A DNA stretch of 64,000 nt from Nitrospirota bacterium (GCA_963703955.1 CAVPGK010000017.1:160001-224000), one strand, 5' to 3'; positions 8,650 to 19,534 are shown, numbered from the stretch's first letter. Numbers and translations are program-made. The notes: generated by a model from the letters alone, not told the origin.

Positions 8650-9416
8650 ATGCTGTTCAGCCCCTTGATAGTGACATTACTGGTGCTCCTGCTGGTGGGG
8701 ATGGGCTTTCATGTGTTGCGCGAATACGAACGAGCGGTCGTGTTCCGATGGGGACGGCTGGCGCAAGGGATCATCGGGGGAAACGGGCCCGGTGTGGTCG
8801 TAATCATTCCATTGATCGACAAGCTCGTGCGGGTGAGCTTGAGGACCGTCACGATGGACGTCCCCCCCAAGACGTGATCACGAAAGACAACGTGTCGGTG
8901 AAGGTCAATGCCGTCATTTATTTCCGCGTCGTCGATCAGCAGCGCGCCATTATCGAAGTGGAGGATTACCTCTATGCGACCTCGATGATGGCGCAAACAA
9001 CGCTCCGGAGCGTGCTGGGGCAGAGCCAATTGGATGATCTGTTGGCCAAGCGCGAGGAGATCAATACACAGCTCCAACGCATTATTGACCAGCAAACCGA
9101 GCCATGGGGCGTCAAGGTGTCGGCCGTTGAGGTGAAAAATGTGGATCTCCCGCAAGAGATGCAGCGGGCCATTGCCCGGCAGGCCGAAGCGGAACGCGAA
9201 CGACGGTCGAAAGTCATTCATGCGGAAGGCGAGTTTCAAGCCGCCCAGCGGTTAGCAGACGCCGCCGGTATCATGAGCCAGAATCCCGTGGCCCTCCAAC
9301 TCCGATATCTCCAGACCCTTGTTGAGATCGCGGCCGAGAAAAATTCAACGACCATTTTCCCCGTACCGATCGATATCCTCACTCCTTTCCTGAAAAGCAC
9401 GGAGAAAAAGGGGTAA
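8650..9416 (+). CDS. SPFH/stomatin (slipin) family protein, split by a 1-base deletion in a C7 run at 8862-8868
   Basis: [12 protein letters not shown]...[14 protein letters not shown]...AEAERERR; one extra C restores a single ORF. Confidence 0.88.
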
Positions 9417-9514
9417 GGAGAGCCAGCGTCTCCAGGGTTCTCAGTTAAGTTTCAACATCTTCGTCGTTCACTTGATTTCTTCCGCTCGCCGCCTTATCTC
9501 AAATTTGTTCAAAC

Positions 9515-9530
9515 TGGCACGTGTCTTGAA
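9515..9530 (+). promoter_or_regulatory. Possible sigma-54 (-24/-12) promoter
   Basis: TGGCAC-GTGTC-TTGAA (consensus TGGCAC-N5-TTGC; -12 element imperfect). Confidence 0.4.
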
Positions 9531-9610
9531 TCCTTTTGTGACACATCACTCTCTAATGTATGAAGGAGGACTCCGATCCCGCTGGGAACCGGAGAATTGA
9601 GGGCGATCCG

Positions 9611-10858
9611 ATGCGAAAAGACGAACTCATAGACGACAACCAAGAGCAGGCGGTCGCGCTGGATCTAGAGTCTGATGATCCGGAAGCTAATGATATTATT
9701 GAAGTTATTGAACGAGAATCCAACGCGTCCAGCGAGCCGGAAGTTCAGCCTGAACAGGCCGGAGTGGTCGAGAAAGAAGAGACCTCGTTTGCCTTAGAAT
9801 CTCTGTATTTTCGATCGTTTGGGCAGCGCGGGCTCTTAACTCGGGACGAAGAAATTGCCTTGGCTAAGCAGATTGATCAAGGAACGCGGGCTATTCGACG
9901 CGTCATCCGAGAGACTGTCGGAATTGCCTCACACCTGCGCAAGATTGACACAGTCCAGCAAGCGGTCGCGGAGCTTATCGAGATTCGAGGCTTGAGCGGC
10001 TTCTCCGCCACCGCCCTGGATCAGGCGGAGGAAAGCATCGCAGCGCTTGTGAAGGAAGCGAAGCAAGCCGGCCGACATGCCTATCGTGTGAAACGATTGC
10101 ACCAGTCCGCTGGTCAGATCCGTGAATCTCGCGGGATTCTTGAAAAAGCCAAGGATGAACTGGTGCGATGCAACCTTCGCCTAGTGGTCGATATCGCCAA
10201 ACATTACAACGGCCGGGGCCTTGGCCTACTGGACCTGGTTCAGGAAGGCAACATCGGGCTTATGAAAGCGGCGGAACGATATCAGTACCGTAAGGGATTT
10301 AAGTTCAGCACCTATGCCACGTGGTGGATTCGCCAAGGGATTACAAGAGCGCTCGCTGATCAGTCTCGAACCATTCGAATTCCGGTTCACATGACTGAAT
10401 CGTCACATCGTATCGTGCGAACCGCGCGTCGGCTGGCGCAGCAGCATGGACGCGAACCTCGGGCGGAAGACATCGGCAAGGTTCTGCACCTTCGAGCGGA
10501 CAAGATCCAAGAAACAATGCAGGTGTTCCAGGAGCCGATTTCTCTTGAAAACCCGATTGGGGACGGAGAAACCTTGTTTGGAGAGCTCATTGCCGACCGG
10601 AACAACATCACGCCGGACTCTCGTGTGAATCGCACCGAATTGACTCGAGAGCTGGATCGGATATTGGGAGCGCTGACGCCTCGTGAGCAAGTCGTGATTC
10701 GACTGCGGTTCGGCATCGGCCAGGATGAACCATTTACCCTTGAACAGGTTGGTCAAAACCTGTCGGTCACGCGTGAACGAATTCGTCAAATCGAAGCAAA
10801 AGCCCTCAAGAAACTCAAGACCCCCGAGATCAAGCAGATGTTTGCCGCTCTGAAATAA
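9611..10858 (+). CDS. RNA polymerase sigma-70 family factor (RpoD/RpoS-like)
   Basis: NLRLVV, DLVQEGNIGLMKA, FKFSTYATWWIRQ, VTRERIRQIE. Confidence 0.93.
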   Translation: MRKDELIDDNQEQAVALDLESDDPEANDIIEVIERESNASSEPEVQPEQAGVVEKEETSFALESLYFRSFGQRGLLTRDEEIALAKQIDQGTRAIRRVIRETVGIASHLRKIDTVQQAVAELIEIRGLSGFSATALDQAEESIAALVKEAKQAGRHAYRVKRLHQSAGQIRESRGILEKAKDELVRCNLRLVVDIAKHYNGRGLGLLDLVQEGNIGLMKAAERYQYRKGFKFSTYATWWIRQGITRALADQSRTIRIPVHMTESSHRIVRTARRLAQQHGREPRAEDIGKVLHLRADKIQETMQVFQEPISLENPIGDGETLFGELIADRNNITPDSRVNRTELTRELDRILGALTPREQVVIRLRFGIGQDEPFTLEQVGQNLSVTRERIRQIEAKALKKLKTPEIKQMFAALK

Positions 10859-11108
10859 GAGAGGCCGGCCGGGCGAGACCTGTTCTCGTCAGGCCGGAGC
10901 TTCGTAGCCCTCCACAAGAAATTCAGTCAGCCAAGGCGACCCCTTTTCTCATCAGTGACCAGGATGTAGGACGACCTGTCAACGTGAGCCGTTCGGACTT
11001 GATTCTGGCTGGCTAGACGGACGTCATCTCCAAGCTCTTCAAGAAACGACAGCATGACTTCTCAAGCAGCCGCTTCGGCACTGGCGGTCCCTTCGTGTCT
11101 TCGGTAGA

Positions 11109-12209
11109 ATGCTGAAGCCAGCCTCAACAGAGACATGGAGGTCTATGCCTGCTAGTCGAATGGTATATCTTGAAGGCCGGTTCATGACGGCGTGGAGTAT
11201 CACTCCCTTTATCGCGGTGTGTCTCGCGATTGTCGACTCGGCCGCTCAGACCATGGCTGACCCTATCGTCCAGAAGGAGTTGTCCGTTCCCGCTGTGGTA
11301 GCCATGGTTAGGCCCTCAGTCGTAACCGTGATGGTTCGGGGAATTCCTCCCAACTCCTCTCTCCATCCATCGCCTCCCGGTTCCGGGTCAGGCATCATCA
11401 TCGACGGGCAGGGCTACATTCTTACCAATAATCACTTGATAGAAGGGACAAAAGATGTAGTCATCGGTCTTCCGACCGGGCGACTTACTCCAGGTCGAGT
11501 GCTCGGTCGGGATTTTCTCCTTGACCTGGCGGTCATTAAGATCGAGGCGAAAGATCTCGTCCCCGCACGGCTCGGCCTCTCCTCGAACCTACAGATCGGC
11601 GAAACCGTGGTAGCGATTGGGAACCCCTTCGCACTGAAAGGCGGCTCAACAGTCACCGTAGGCGTGGTCAGCGCCCTGGATCGTTCGATTCTAGCTCCGA
11701 ACGGTGAAACGCTGTACGACCTCATCCAAACAGACGCGGCGATCAATCCAGGGAATAGCGGCGGTCCTCTTGTCGATTTATCCGGACGGGTGGTCGGCCT
11801 CAACGCAGCTGTCGCTCCGTCGGCACAGGCCATTAGTTATGCCATTTCGATCGACGCGGCGTATCCTCACATTCAATCCATGCTGGTGCGTGGTATGGTC
11901 TTGAGGCCGGACCTCGGATTTCTGCCGGTGACGGTGACCCCGAGCATTGTCGCCAGCTTTGCCCTCGACACCGACCGTGGGGTGTTGGCGGCGCAAGTGG
12001 AACCGTCCAAGCAAGCGGGGCAATCTGGTCTCCAAAATGGAGATGTCATTACGGCCATCGATAATACGCAGATCTACAACATGGGCGATTTCTGGCATGC
12101 ATACCTCAAGAACGAGGAACAACTTCCGGCCCAGCTCACGGTCTACGGAAAAAATGGCCAGATGACCGTGTCGCTCCCGCGTGCTCCGGTTCCGCACGCA
12201 TCACGTTAA
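11109..12209 (+). CDS. HtrA/DegP-like S1C serine protease with PDZ domain
   Basis: GSGII, LTNNH, DLAVIKI, QTDAAINPGNSGGPL; start may be downstream (~11184). Confidence 0.9.
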   Translation: MLKPASTETWRSMPASRMVYLEGRFMTAWSITPFIAVCLAIVDSAAQTMADPIVQKELSVPAVVAMVRPSVVTVMVRGIPPNSSLHPSPPGSGSGIIIDGQGYILTNNHLIEGTKDVVIGLPTGRLTPGRVLGRDFLLDLAVIKIEAKDLVPARLGLSSNLQIGETVVAIGNPFALKGGSTVTVGVVSALDRSILAPNGETLYDLIQTDAAINPGNSGGPLVDLSGRVVGLNAAVAPSAQAISYAISIDAAYPHIQSMLVRGMVLRPDLGFLPVTVTPSIVASFALDTDRGVLAAQVEPSKQAGQSGLQNGDVITAIDNTQIYNMGDFWHAYLKNEEQLPAQLTVYGKNGQMTVSLPRAPVPHASR

Positions 12210-12276
12210 TGCTTCGGGTTGTCGAAGGCCATCAGGCGGCGGGCATGACGGACATGGAGCGCTCTGCGAGAGATCG

Positions 12277-13020
12277 ATGACCTGTTCAGCGACATTGCTC
12301 ACCTACGGTCGGATGAACTATGCCTCAGCATGGGCACTGCAGCGGGCGTTCTTGGAGGAGAGAATTGAGGATCGGCGCATGGATACACTGATCGTGCTCG
12401 AGCACGAGCCGGTCTTCACTATTGGTCGGGTCTGTCAGCGAGAGCACTGTGACGAGAACAGCCTTCTCAAGGCCGGCTATCCGATCTATCATGTGGAACG
12501 GGGCGGATCGGTGACGTACCATGGACCTGGACAAATTGTGGGGTATCCGATCTTGCGTCTTGCCCGATACTGCGCAGGCCCCAAGACCTACATACGAATG
12601 CTTGAAGAGGTGGTGATTCGCACCCTCGCGGATTGGGGCATAACGGGCTCACGGACGGAGAAGCTGCCCGGTGTCTGGGTCGGTCAGGAGAAAATTGCCG
12701 CCGTAGGTGTACGCATCATCCGCGGTGTGACGATGCATGGATTTGCGCTCAATGCGACGGTGGACCTGGCTCCGTTTGCGCGGATCGTTCCGTGCGGAAT
12801 TGCTGGATGCCGCGTCACCTCGATGGCCCGTCTGTTGGGCAATTCTGTCGATGTTCTCAAGGTCGGGCAACGGATAACAGGAGTGTTTGCGGACATCTTT
12901 GGACTGGAATGGATCGAACAGGTGACCGCTAGTGGAACAAACGAAAGGGCATCAGCCTTGCGGACAAGTGAGACATCGCCGCATGCCAACACTGATGAAC
13001 TTGGTATGAGAATGGCCTGA
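12277..13020 (+). CDS. lipB: Lipoyl(octanoyl) transferase
   Basis: LEHEPVFTIG, RGGSVTYHGPGQ, KIAAVG, HGFALN, IVPCG. Confidence 0.93.
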   Translation: MTCSATLLTYGRMNYASAWALQRAFLEERIEDRRMDTLIVLEHEPVFTIGRVCQREHCDENSLLKAGYPIYHVERGGSVTYHGPGQIVGYPILRLARYCAGPKTYIRMLEEVVIRTLADWGITGSRTEKLPGVWVGQEKIAAVGVRIIRGVTMHGFALNATVDLAPFARIVPCGIAGCRVTSMARLLGNSVDVLKVGQRITGVFADIFGLEWIEQVTASGTNERASALRTSETSPHANTDELGMRMA

Positions 13021-13022
13021 GC

Positions 13023-14294
13023 ATGGGAACGCAACCGATGAATGAGTTGGATAACCCCACCTTTCGGCTAGCGGTCGCTCAGTTCGATCGGGCCGCCGAG
13101 CTGATGGAGCTGGACTCGAATCTTCGCGAGCGTCTCAAGGCGCCCGAGCGCTCACTCATCGTGAGCATTCCAGTGAGAATGGACAATGGCGCAGTCCAGG
13201 TGTTCACGGGGTATCGCGTGCAGCACGATTCCTCCCGAGGACCCTCCAAGGGAGGGATCCGATATCATCCCGATGTCAATCTCGGGGAGGTGGCCGCCCT
13301 CGCCATGTGGATGACCTGGAAATGCGCCCTGGCTGGGTTGCCCTACGGCGGAGCGAAGGGCGGTGTCCGGGTGGCTCCGAAGCAGCTTTCACGCGACGAG
13401 TTACAGCGGCTGACCCGCCGCTATGCCGCAGAAATCTTTCCGCTGATCGGACCGGATAAGGACGTTCCGGCACCAGACGTGGGCACCGATGCCCAGGTCA
13501 TGGCCTGGATCATGGATACCTATAGCCAGCAAGTGGGATTCGCTGTGCGAGGCGTGGTAACCGGCAAACCGTTATGCATCGGTGGCAGTCTCGGACGTGA
13601 AGAGGCTACTGGGCGCGGCGTGGTCTACGTAACACTGGAAGCGATGCGTCACCTCGGCCTGGATATCCGTCACGCGACCGTCGCTATCCAGGGGTTCGGC
13701 AATGTCGGGTCCAACACCGCACGGATCATGAGAGACGAGGGCGCGAAGGTCATTGCGGTGAGTGACGTATCAGGTGGTATCTATAACGCGAAAGGTCTGG
13801 ACATCCCGGAGTTACTCAGACGATACCAAGTGGAGCGTCAGCCGCTTCGTGACACCAAGTTGGGGGAGTGGATCAGCAACGAAGACCTATTAGAGCTGGA
13901 TTGCACGGTGCTGGTCCCTGCGGCTCTTTCTGAACAGATCACCGCGAAGAACGCCGCCAAGCTGCAGTGCAGAATCCTCGCGGAGGGAGCGAATGGCCCG
14001 ACCACGCTCGAGGCGGATCAGATTCTAACGGAGAGGGGCGTGTTCATCGTCCCGGACATCCTTGCCAATTCCGGTGGCGTGATCGTCTCCTATTTCGAGT
14101 GGGTTCAGGACGCCCAGCGATTTTTCTGGAAGGCGACGGATATCCAGGGCCGGCTGCATGAAATTATCACGGCGGCCTTTCAGCGAACGCTGGAGTTTTC
14201 GAAGGCGCAACGGGCGACCATGCGGATGGCGGCTCTCATGAATGGTATCGACCGCGTGGCACAGGCGCATCTGGCGCGTGGCCTCTATCCATAA
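13023..14294 (+). CDS. gdhA: Glutamate dehydrogenase (Glu/Leu/Phe/Val family)
   Basis: GPSKGGIRYHP, GGAKGG, DVPAPD, QGFGNVG, EGANGP. Confidence 0.92.
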   Translation: MGTQPMNELDNPTFRLAVAQFDRAAELMELDSNLRERLKAPERSLIVSIPVRMDNGAVQVFTGYRVQHDSSRGPSKGGIRYHPDVNLGEVAALAMWMTWKCALAGLPYGGAKGGVRVAPKQLSRDELQRLTRRYAAEIFPLIGPDKDVPAPDVGTDAQVMAWIMDTYSQQVGFAVRGVVTGKPLCIGGSLGREEATGRGVVYVTLEAMRHLGLDIRHATVAIQGFGNVGSNTARIMRDEGAKVIAVSDVSGGIYNAKGLDIPELLRRYQVERQPLRDTKLGEWISNEDLLELDCTVLVPAALSEQITAKNAAKLQCRILAEGANGPTTLEADQILTERGVFIVPDILANSGGVIVSYFEWVQDAQRFFWKATDIQGRLHEIITAAFQRTLEFSKAQRATMRMAALMNGIDRVAQAHLARGLYP

Positions 14295-14347
14295 CGGATG
14301 CGAACCGTTATTCGTGATTCTTTGTGCCACGCGAGTAGCGTCATCTC

Positions 14348-14734
14348 ATGAAATATTTCCTGGCAGCGATCGCGGGTATTTGGATGGCTGATGGGCTTGC
14401 CTTGCTCGTGGCGCCCCGCCATGTGATCGCGCGTGTTCGTGAGGTCTTGAGCCTGTCCCCGAGAATGCTGCGATGGGAGGGCGTGGCGGCCTCACTCGGC
14501 ATTCTGTTAGTCATCGGCGCCCAGGAGCTTCACTACCAATTGCTGTGGACGATTGCGGGCCTGACGATGCTGCTGAAAGGGTTGTTCCTAACTGCGGGGC
14601 CCGACCAGTGGCGGCATCAAGTGCTGGAGTGGTGCCTTCGACGCGAAGAGGTTGACTACCGGTTCTGGGGGCTAGGGCTTTGCATGTTGGCGATTCTGCT
14701 CCTTCATGCTCTGGGCTGGGTCGGATCTCAGTGA
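14348..14734 (+). CDS. Hypothetical integral membrane protein
   Basis: Four hydrophobic helices; co-oriented with gdh. Confidence 0.75.
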   Translation: MKYFLAAIAGIWMADGLALLVAPRHVIARVREVLSLSPRMLRWEGVAASLGILLVIGAQELHYQLLWTIAGLTMLLKGLFLTAGPDQWRHQVLEWCLRREEVDYRFWGLGLCMLAILLLHALGWVGSQ

Positions 14735-14771
14735 GAGCGGGTCCAATGGAAGACTCACGGGAAGAGGTGCG

Positions 14772-15062
14772 ATGAACGACATTCTCTCGCTGTGGCAAGT
14801 GCACCGGGACGCGGGCTGGCCAAAGGTCTCGGGGTCTCATGAGGGAGAGTTGATGACATTGGACACCGTAATCAGCGGATGCGTCACATACTTCTTAGAA
14901 TCGGAGGATGGCCTCGACCCGCAACGCGTCGAAATTCTCGAAAGTTGCCTGGCTGACTTGAATGGGTTGCTGCCTGATCTGGCTGATGAAGCCGGACCAT
15001 ATTTCGAACGGCTGCGCCGGCTGGCCGATCTGCTCTTGACCGCACATCACGGCCATCAATGA
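14772..15062 (+). CDS. Hypothetical helical protein
   Basis: SD GAGG before ATG 14772; protein-like composition. Confidence 0.7.
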   Translation: MNDILSLWQVHRDAGWPKVSGSHEGELMTLDTVISGCVTYFLESEDGLDPQRVEILESCLADLNGLLPDLADEAGPYFERLRRLADLLLTAHHGHQ

Positions 15063-15443
15063 GAACGAGCGGCTCCGCACGCGCAGCCGCTTCGTTCATC
15101 AGGTTCACATCAATTCCACAATGCCCTTCTTCATCGGTCCGAGAAGGCCAACAGTTCCCTCTTTACCGGCTGAGGCCCTTTGAACTTGTTCAGCGTTGCC
15201 ATGTGGTCTTCCAGCCCTTGAAGTCACCGGATGTGATCCTCACGTCGGCATGGGTGATGTTCATGTCACGACCGAGCTACGTATCCTTGCTAAATCCAAG
15301 CGTCCGAAGCAGGGTTCTGTTCCTTGCAAGTTCATGGTTGGTCCGTTACAATGGACTTGGTTCTACTTCTTCACGCTTAATATCACCCTGACCACACCTG
15401 TACCTGTTTGTAACGTTGACGCTCTCTTGTTAAGGAGGAACGA

Positions 15444-15977
15444 ATGGACTGGCGACAGTGGAGACGCGTACTTGTCTCGTTCAGTTTTCTACTCGCCGCG
15501 GGTTTGATGGAAATCGCGAAGGCGGAACCATATGAGCTCAGCAAGAATGATGTCATGGATCCAAAGAATGTGAAGAGTACAGAGATCTCATTGTTCGGTG
15601 TCAAGCTCGGAGATCCGGAAAGCAAGGCCTACGACATTCTCGTGAATGAAAAAATCCCTGGGGTGAAAGCCGAGCAGGAGGCGACGTTTATCCTACTCTT
15701 GGATCAGCGGAAGCCGACGGGTCCAATGGCGGGCGTTCGGGTTCTTGATGGAAAGGTGGACCTGATCTTTATCAATAATCGGTTTGCCTACAAGGCGAGA
15801 GGGATCTTTCGAAATGTGCTCAACAGCGAAAGCCCCGACGAAATCCGCAAACTGCTTGGTAAGGAAGACTACGGTGACGAAAACGTCATGGGCGCGGTGA
15901 TGAACTATGAAAAGCAGGGGTTTCTGGTCAACTATCTGGGCAAAGACGTCAACATAGAATTCAATTCCCCTCAGTAA
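15444..15977 (+). CDS. Exported hypothetical protein
   Basis: SD AAGGAGG; signal peptide ending AKA. Confidence 0.8.
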   Translation: MDWRQWRRVLVSFSFLLAAGLMEIAKAEPYELSKNDVMDPKNVKSTEISLFGVKLGDPESKAYDILVNEKIPGVKAEQEATFILLLDQRKPTGPMAGVRVLDGKVDLIFINNRFAYKARGIFRNVLNSESPDEIRKLLGKEDYGDENVMGAVMNYEKQGFLVNYLGKDVNIEFNSPQ

Positions 15978-16195
15978 GCCCGTCATCCGCGCAGCATCCT
16001 CTCCCTGGATCACACGAATTTGGCGCTTTGCGTCATCGTGCCGGCGGCCCCTGCTTGATCACTGGCGAGACAACCCTGTACGGAAAATGGCGGGGCTTTT
16101 CCGAAAGTCGAAGTTAGGCCGCTCAAGATCACTATCGACGCACGAACCCGTCGGCCGTGAGCACATCACCCGTTGCGTATGACATTGTCTGTGCG

Positions 16196-17182
16196 CTAGC
16201 GCAGGGCGGTCGGTGTCAGGTGAGGTGTCCGGAGTCCGTAGTTGATGAGATGCGTGGCGGTATTCCATCGACGGGGCGAATGGAGCAAGACCAAGAGAAG
16301 TTCTTTGCCTTCGTGCGAAACTTTGGCGATCAAGCACCGCCCGGCTTTCGAGGTAAACCCGGTCTTGACCCCTTCAATTCCGGGCAACCGGCCGAGCAGT
16401 CGGTTTGTCGTGCGAAGCAGATAGGACCGGTTGGTATTCACGGCGCTGATCACTTCCCGCTCTTCCTTGACGAAGGCTCGAAAAACAGGATGCTGTAAGG
16501 CAATCTCGCTCAGGGCCGCTAGATCATGCGCGGTGGTGTAGTGCTCTGGAGCGTCGAACCCGCACGCATTGCTGAAGTGCGTATCGACCAATCCTAGGGC
16601 CAGGGCCTTCTCATTCATCAAGCGCACAAACTGCTCTTCTGTCCCTCCGACGTGCATAGCGGCTGCGAGACAGGCGTCATTAGCAGACGTCATGAGCATG
16701 GCCTTGACGAGATCCGTCAACCGAAAGACTTGGCCGGCGCGAAGTCGCAAGCGGATCTTGTGAGCCAAAGCTGCCTCGCGACTGACAGTCGTCAAGTCAT
16801 CCAAATCCCCATGCTCCAGGATCACCAAGGCAGTCATGATTTTCGTGAGGCTAGCCGGCGAGAGTCGACGGCCGGATTCGAATTCGTACAGAATCCTGCC
16901 GGTGGTCTGATCCTTCAGCAAAATACTTTCAGCCGGCACACGGTAGCCGGGAAATATTCTGAGTGGTTTGAGACCGTGTGAGAATTGGATTTTCGGATGG
17001 TACCGGGACGATGGGACGTAGGGATCGGCGTCGGAGCGGGAGTGGCTGCAGCAGAGTCCCACGAGCGTGGCCAAGAGGATCAAGGCAAACCGTGATCCTA
17101 GAAAGCCGAGACATCCATTCATACGGTCAGGTCGGCCCACAGCAAGGCTCATCGTTGGACCATCAGAGGGTGAGCGTCTCAC
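16196..17182 (-). CDS. D-alanyl-D-alanine carboxypeptidase (peptidase S11)
   Basis: PASLTKIMT (SxxK), SANDA (SxN), KTGFT; start may be downstream. Confidence 0.92.
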   Translation of the reverse strand: MRRSPSDGPTMSLAVGRPDRMNGCLGFLGSRFALILLATLVGLCCSHSRSDADPYVPSSRYHPKIQFSHGLKPLRIFPGYRVPAESILLKDQTTGRILYEFESGRRLSPASLTKIMTALVILEHGDLDDLTTVSREAALAHKIRLRLRAGQVFRLTDLVKAMLMTSANDACLAAAMHVGGTEEQFVRLMNEKALALGLVDTHFSNACGFDAPEHYTTAHDLAALSEIALQHPVFRAFVKEEREVISAVNTNRSYLLRTTNRLLGRLPGIEGVKTGFTSKAGRCLIAKVSHEGKELLLVLLHSPRRWNTATHLINYGLRTPHLTPTALR

Positions 17183-17351
17183 GAACTTTCGATCCGCGAA
17201 ACCCGCTGTCGAGCACTTTGTGGAAGAACCTCAATAGGTCCGCAAGGTCCAGCCAGAACCCGCAATTGAGGCATCGGGCGTAGAGTCGACGGTTGAGCAG
17301 TGTATAGTGCCGCTCCACCATCATATAGCCTTTGCATTTCAAGCAGTTCAT
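17163..17351 (-). CDS. Small Zn-ribbon protein
   Basis: MNCLKCKGYM...RCLNCG, two CxxC motifs. Confidence 0.65.
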   Translation of the reverse strand: MNCLKCKGYMMVERHYTLLNRRLYARCLNCGFWLDLADLLRFFHKVLDSGFRGSKVRETLTL

Positions 17352-17456
17352 TCCGGGATACGTTCCGTCGTGTCTCAGTCATGTGAGGTGTGAACCCGCG
17401 GCGATCTTCCGGCTTCTACCCCGTGCCCGATCAGGGTGTCAAGCAAATTATGCCGG

Positions 17457-17657
17457 TCACCGAAGACGATTCATGATGAGGGCGAGACACCCGGCGAGCA
17501 GTCCACCACCCAAGATCGTCATGGCAAACGTCACAAATGCACCGGTCCTTCCGGTTGGTCTCGGGGCGTAGAACAGATCATGAACCCCTCCCTGCACCAT
17601 CAGGACGGATAAGGTTGTCAGCGCTCCCATACTGAACCACCAAACAAAGGTCCTCAC
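17457..17657 (-). CDS. Small two-TM membrane protein
   Basis: Two hydrophobic helices. Confidence 0.65.
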   Translation of the reverse strand: MRTFVWWFSMGALTTLSVLMVQGGVHDLFYAPRPTGRTGAFVTFAMTILGGGLLAGCLALIMNRLR

Positions 17658-17762
17658 CGCTCTGCCCTACATCCGCTCGTGACGCTGAAGAATCAGCGCC
17701 TTTGCCAATCTAGCCGAGGGGTTGCTAACTGTCAAGGATGGAGTCTCGAGCGTCATGGCCGG

Positions 17763-18983
17763 TCATGATGCGGTCTGAGCGGGCGGCGGGGTCACGGCTC
17801 GTAACCCTCTATGCAGGAAGATGGAGATGCTCCCTGCTCCGTTGTTGGCCGTAACTAATCCGGGCTCCTCAGACTCCTTAGTCGTCAAATGGAGTGTGGC
17901 AAGTGCAAAAGGGCCACCGCGAGTTCGGTAGTTCATCGGAGGATAGCGAAACGTACCATCCCCGCGACCGTACAGGATCGAGAGGTCGTTCGACTGCACG
18001 TTGACAATCGCGACGTCGGTGAGTCGATCCCCGTCGAAATCCCGCGCCAGCCCATAGACGGGACCTGCATCGGCTCCCGCTTCAATTCCCTTTTGGAATG
18101 TGCCGTCTCCATTGCCAAGAAAGGTGGTGAACGTATCCATTTCTCCATTGATGACCAGGAGGTCGGCCATACGATCGCCGTTGAAGTCCGCGAAGGAGAC
18201 GACGAGTGGCCGCTTGCCCGTGCGATAGTCGGTCGGCTGTCGGAAGGTCCCGTCCCCGTTGCCCAACCAGATCGACACCGCGCTGCTCATCGGCCCCCCA
18301 TTTGACACCGCCAAGTCAAGCTTTCCGTCCCGGTCCAAATCAGCGACCGCGAGTGAAGTCGGCGTGTCCCCGTACTCGTACTGCGGACCGTCCGAGAAGG
18401 TTCCGTCTCCCTCTCCCAGTAGGACCTTCACCTTATCATTACGAAGGGCCGAAACCAGGTCCGGCTTCTGGTCTCCGTTCAGATCGGCGCTGGCAATGGA
18501 AACGGGGGTTTTGTGTACGCTGTATCGTTGTCCGACGCCGAACGTCCCGTTTGCCAGACCGAAAAAAAGGGCGATTTGATCGCTTCCCGAACAGGCGACG
18601 GCAATGTCCAGCACACCGTCGTTATTGAAATCGTTCAGCGTGAGGGCTCGCGGTTCTTTGGCCACCTGAATTTGGATGTGCTCCTTGAACGTCCCGTCGC
18701 CATTACCGAACAGGACGGACAGAGAGCTGTCGCCGATATTCGTCGTGATCAAATCCGTTAGTCCGTCCTGATCAAAGTCGGCGGTTGTCACGGATGTGGG
18801 GTTTTTTCCAACGTTATAGGTGGCGAACAGATAGAAGACATCGGGAGGAACGTAAGGATCCTTTTGAGAACACGCACCGGCTGCCAGCAGGACCAGGAGC
18901 AACGTGACGAGACAGCAAGTCAATCCCATGCGGTGAAAGGCCAGTAATGGAGCGATCTGCGCCTCGACAGTGTTGGTTGGCAT
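17763..18983 (-). CDS. FG-GAP/VCBS repeat lipoprotein
   Basis: Repeated DFNGDGxxDL and LGNGDGTF; lipobox AGAC. Confidence 0.9.
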   Translation of the reverse strand: MPTNTVEAQIAPLLAFHRMGLTCCLVTLLLVLLAAGACSQKDPYVPPDVFYLFATYNVGKNPTSVTTADFDQDGLTDLITTNIGDSSLSVLFGNGDGTFKEHIQIQVAKEPRALTLNDFNNDGVLDIAVACSGSDQIALFFGLANGTFGVGQRYSVHKTPVSIASADLNGDQKPDLVSALRNDKVKVLLGEGDGTFSDGPQYEYGDTPTSLAVADLDRDGKLDLAVSNGGPMSSAVSIWLGNGDGTFRQPTDYRTGKRPLVVSFADFNGDRMADLLVINGEMDTFTTFLGNGDGTFQKGIEAGADAGPVYGLARDFDGDRLTDVAIVNVQSNDLSILYGRGDGTFRYPPMNYRTRGGPFALATLHLTTKESEEPGLVTANNGAGSISIFLHRGLRAVTPPPAQTAS

Positions 18984-19125
18984 CGTAGCGTGTCCGAGTA
19001 TACCCAGCCATCTTTAAGTTTCGCAATGACGAAGCCGGGTCGGATGCCTCCAAGACGGACGGTTCTTTTCACTAGAAGAAGCCCGTGGGAATGAGGTAAG
19101 ATACCGCCAACCGAGGAGGCGGATC

Positions 19126-19449
19126 ATGGGAGAAGAGAAGGTCAAAATCGAACTGACAATGTATGGAATCGCCGAAATCATCAAATGGTGTGTGGAAAGG
19201 AACAACGGCAGAATACCGGGCGTTGATACGGAGGGCTTTAAAAAGATGAAGACACTGCTAGCAGAACGTCCGCAGGTGAGTGATTATTATACGCTGGATC
19301 AGTTCTGGAAAAAACCCGTTGTCTTGGAGTTCACGCAGCAAGAGGTTGAGACGATTGACCGGTGCCTGTACGACATCCCAAATTTTGAGAACGTTCAACT
19401 TCCGCAAATCAGACACAAATTCTGGCCGAAAGAGTCGGCTGCCCATTGA
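19126..19449 (+). CDS. Hypothetical protein
   Basis: SD GAGGAGG; 107-aa ORF with protein-like composition. Confidence 0.8.
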   Translation: MGEEKVKIELTMYGIAEIIKWCVERNNGRIPGVDTEGFKKMKTLLAERPQVSDYYTLDQFWKKPVVLEFTQQEVETIDRCLYDIPNFENVQLPQIRHKFWPKESAAH

Positions 19450-19534
19450 GCGATCTCTCGGCTCCTGCATTCACCCGCTCTCCGCCCGCGGAGCAGCCCG
19501 GATATTGTTTGCCTCTATCCGACAGTCCCTGGCC

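Noticed and set aside
16040..16190. Possible c-di-GMP riboswitch (GGAAAA/TTTTCC-GAAA)
   Set aside because: Lacks the GCAAA junction and receptor features and has no downstream gene in a suitable position
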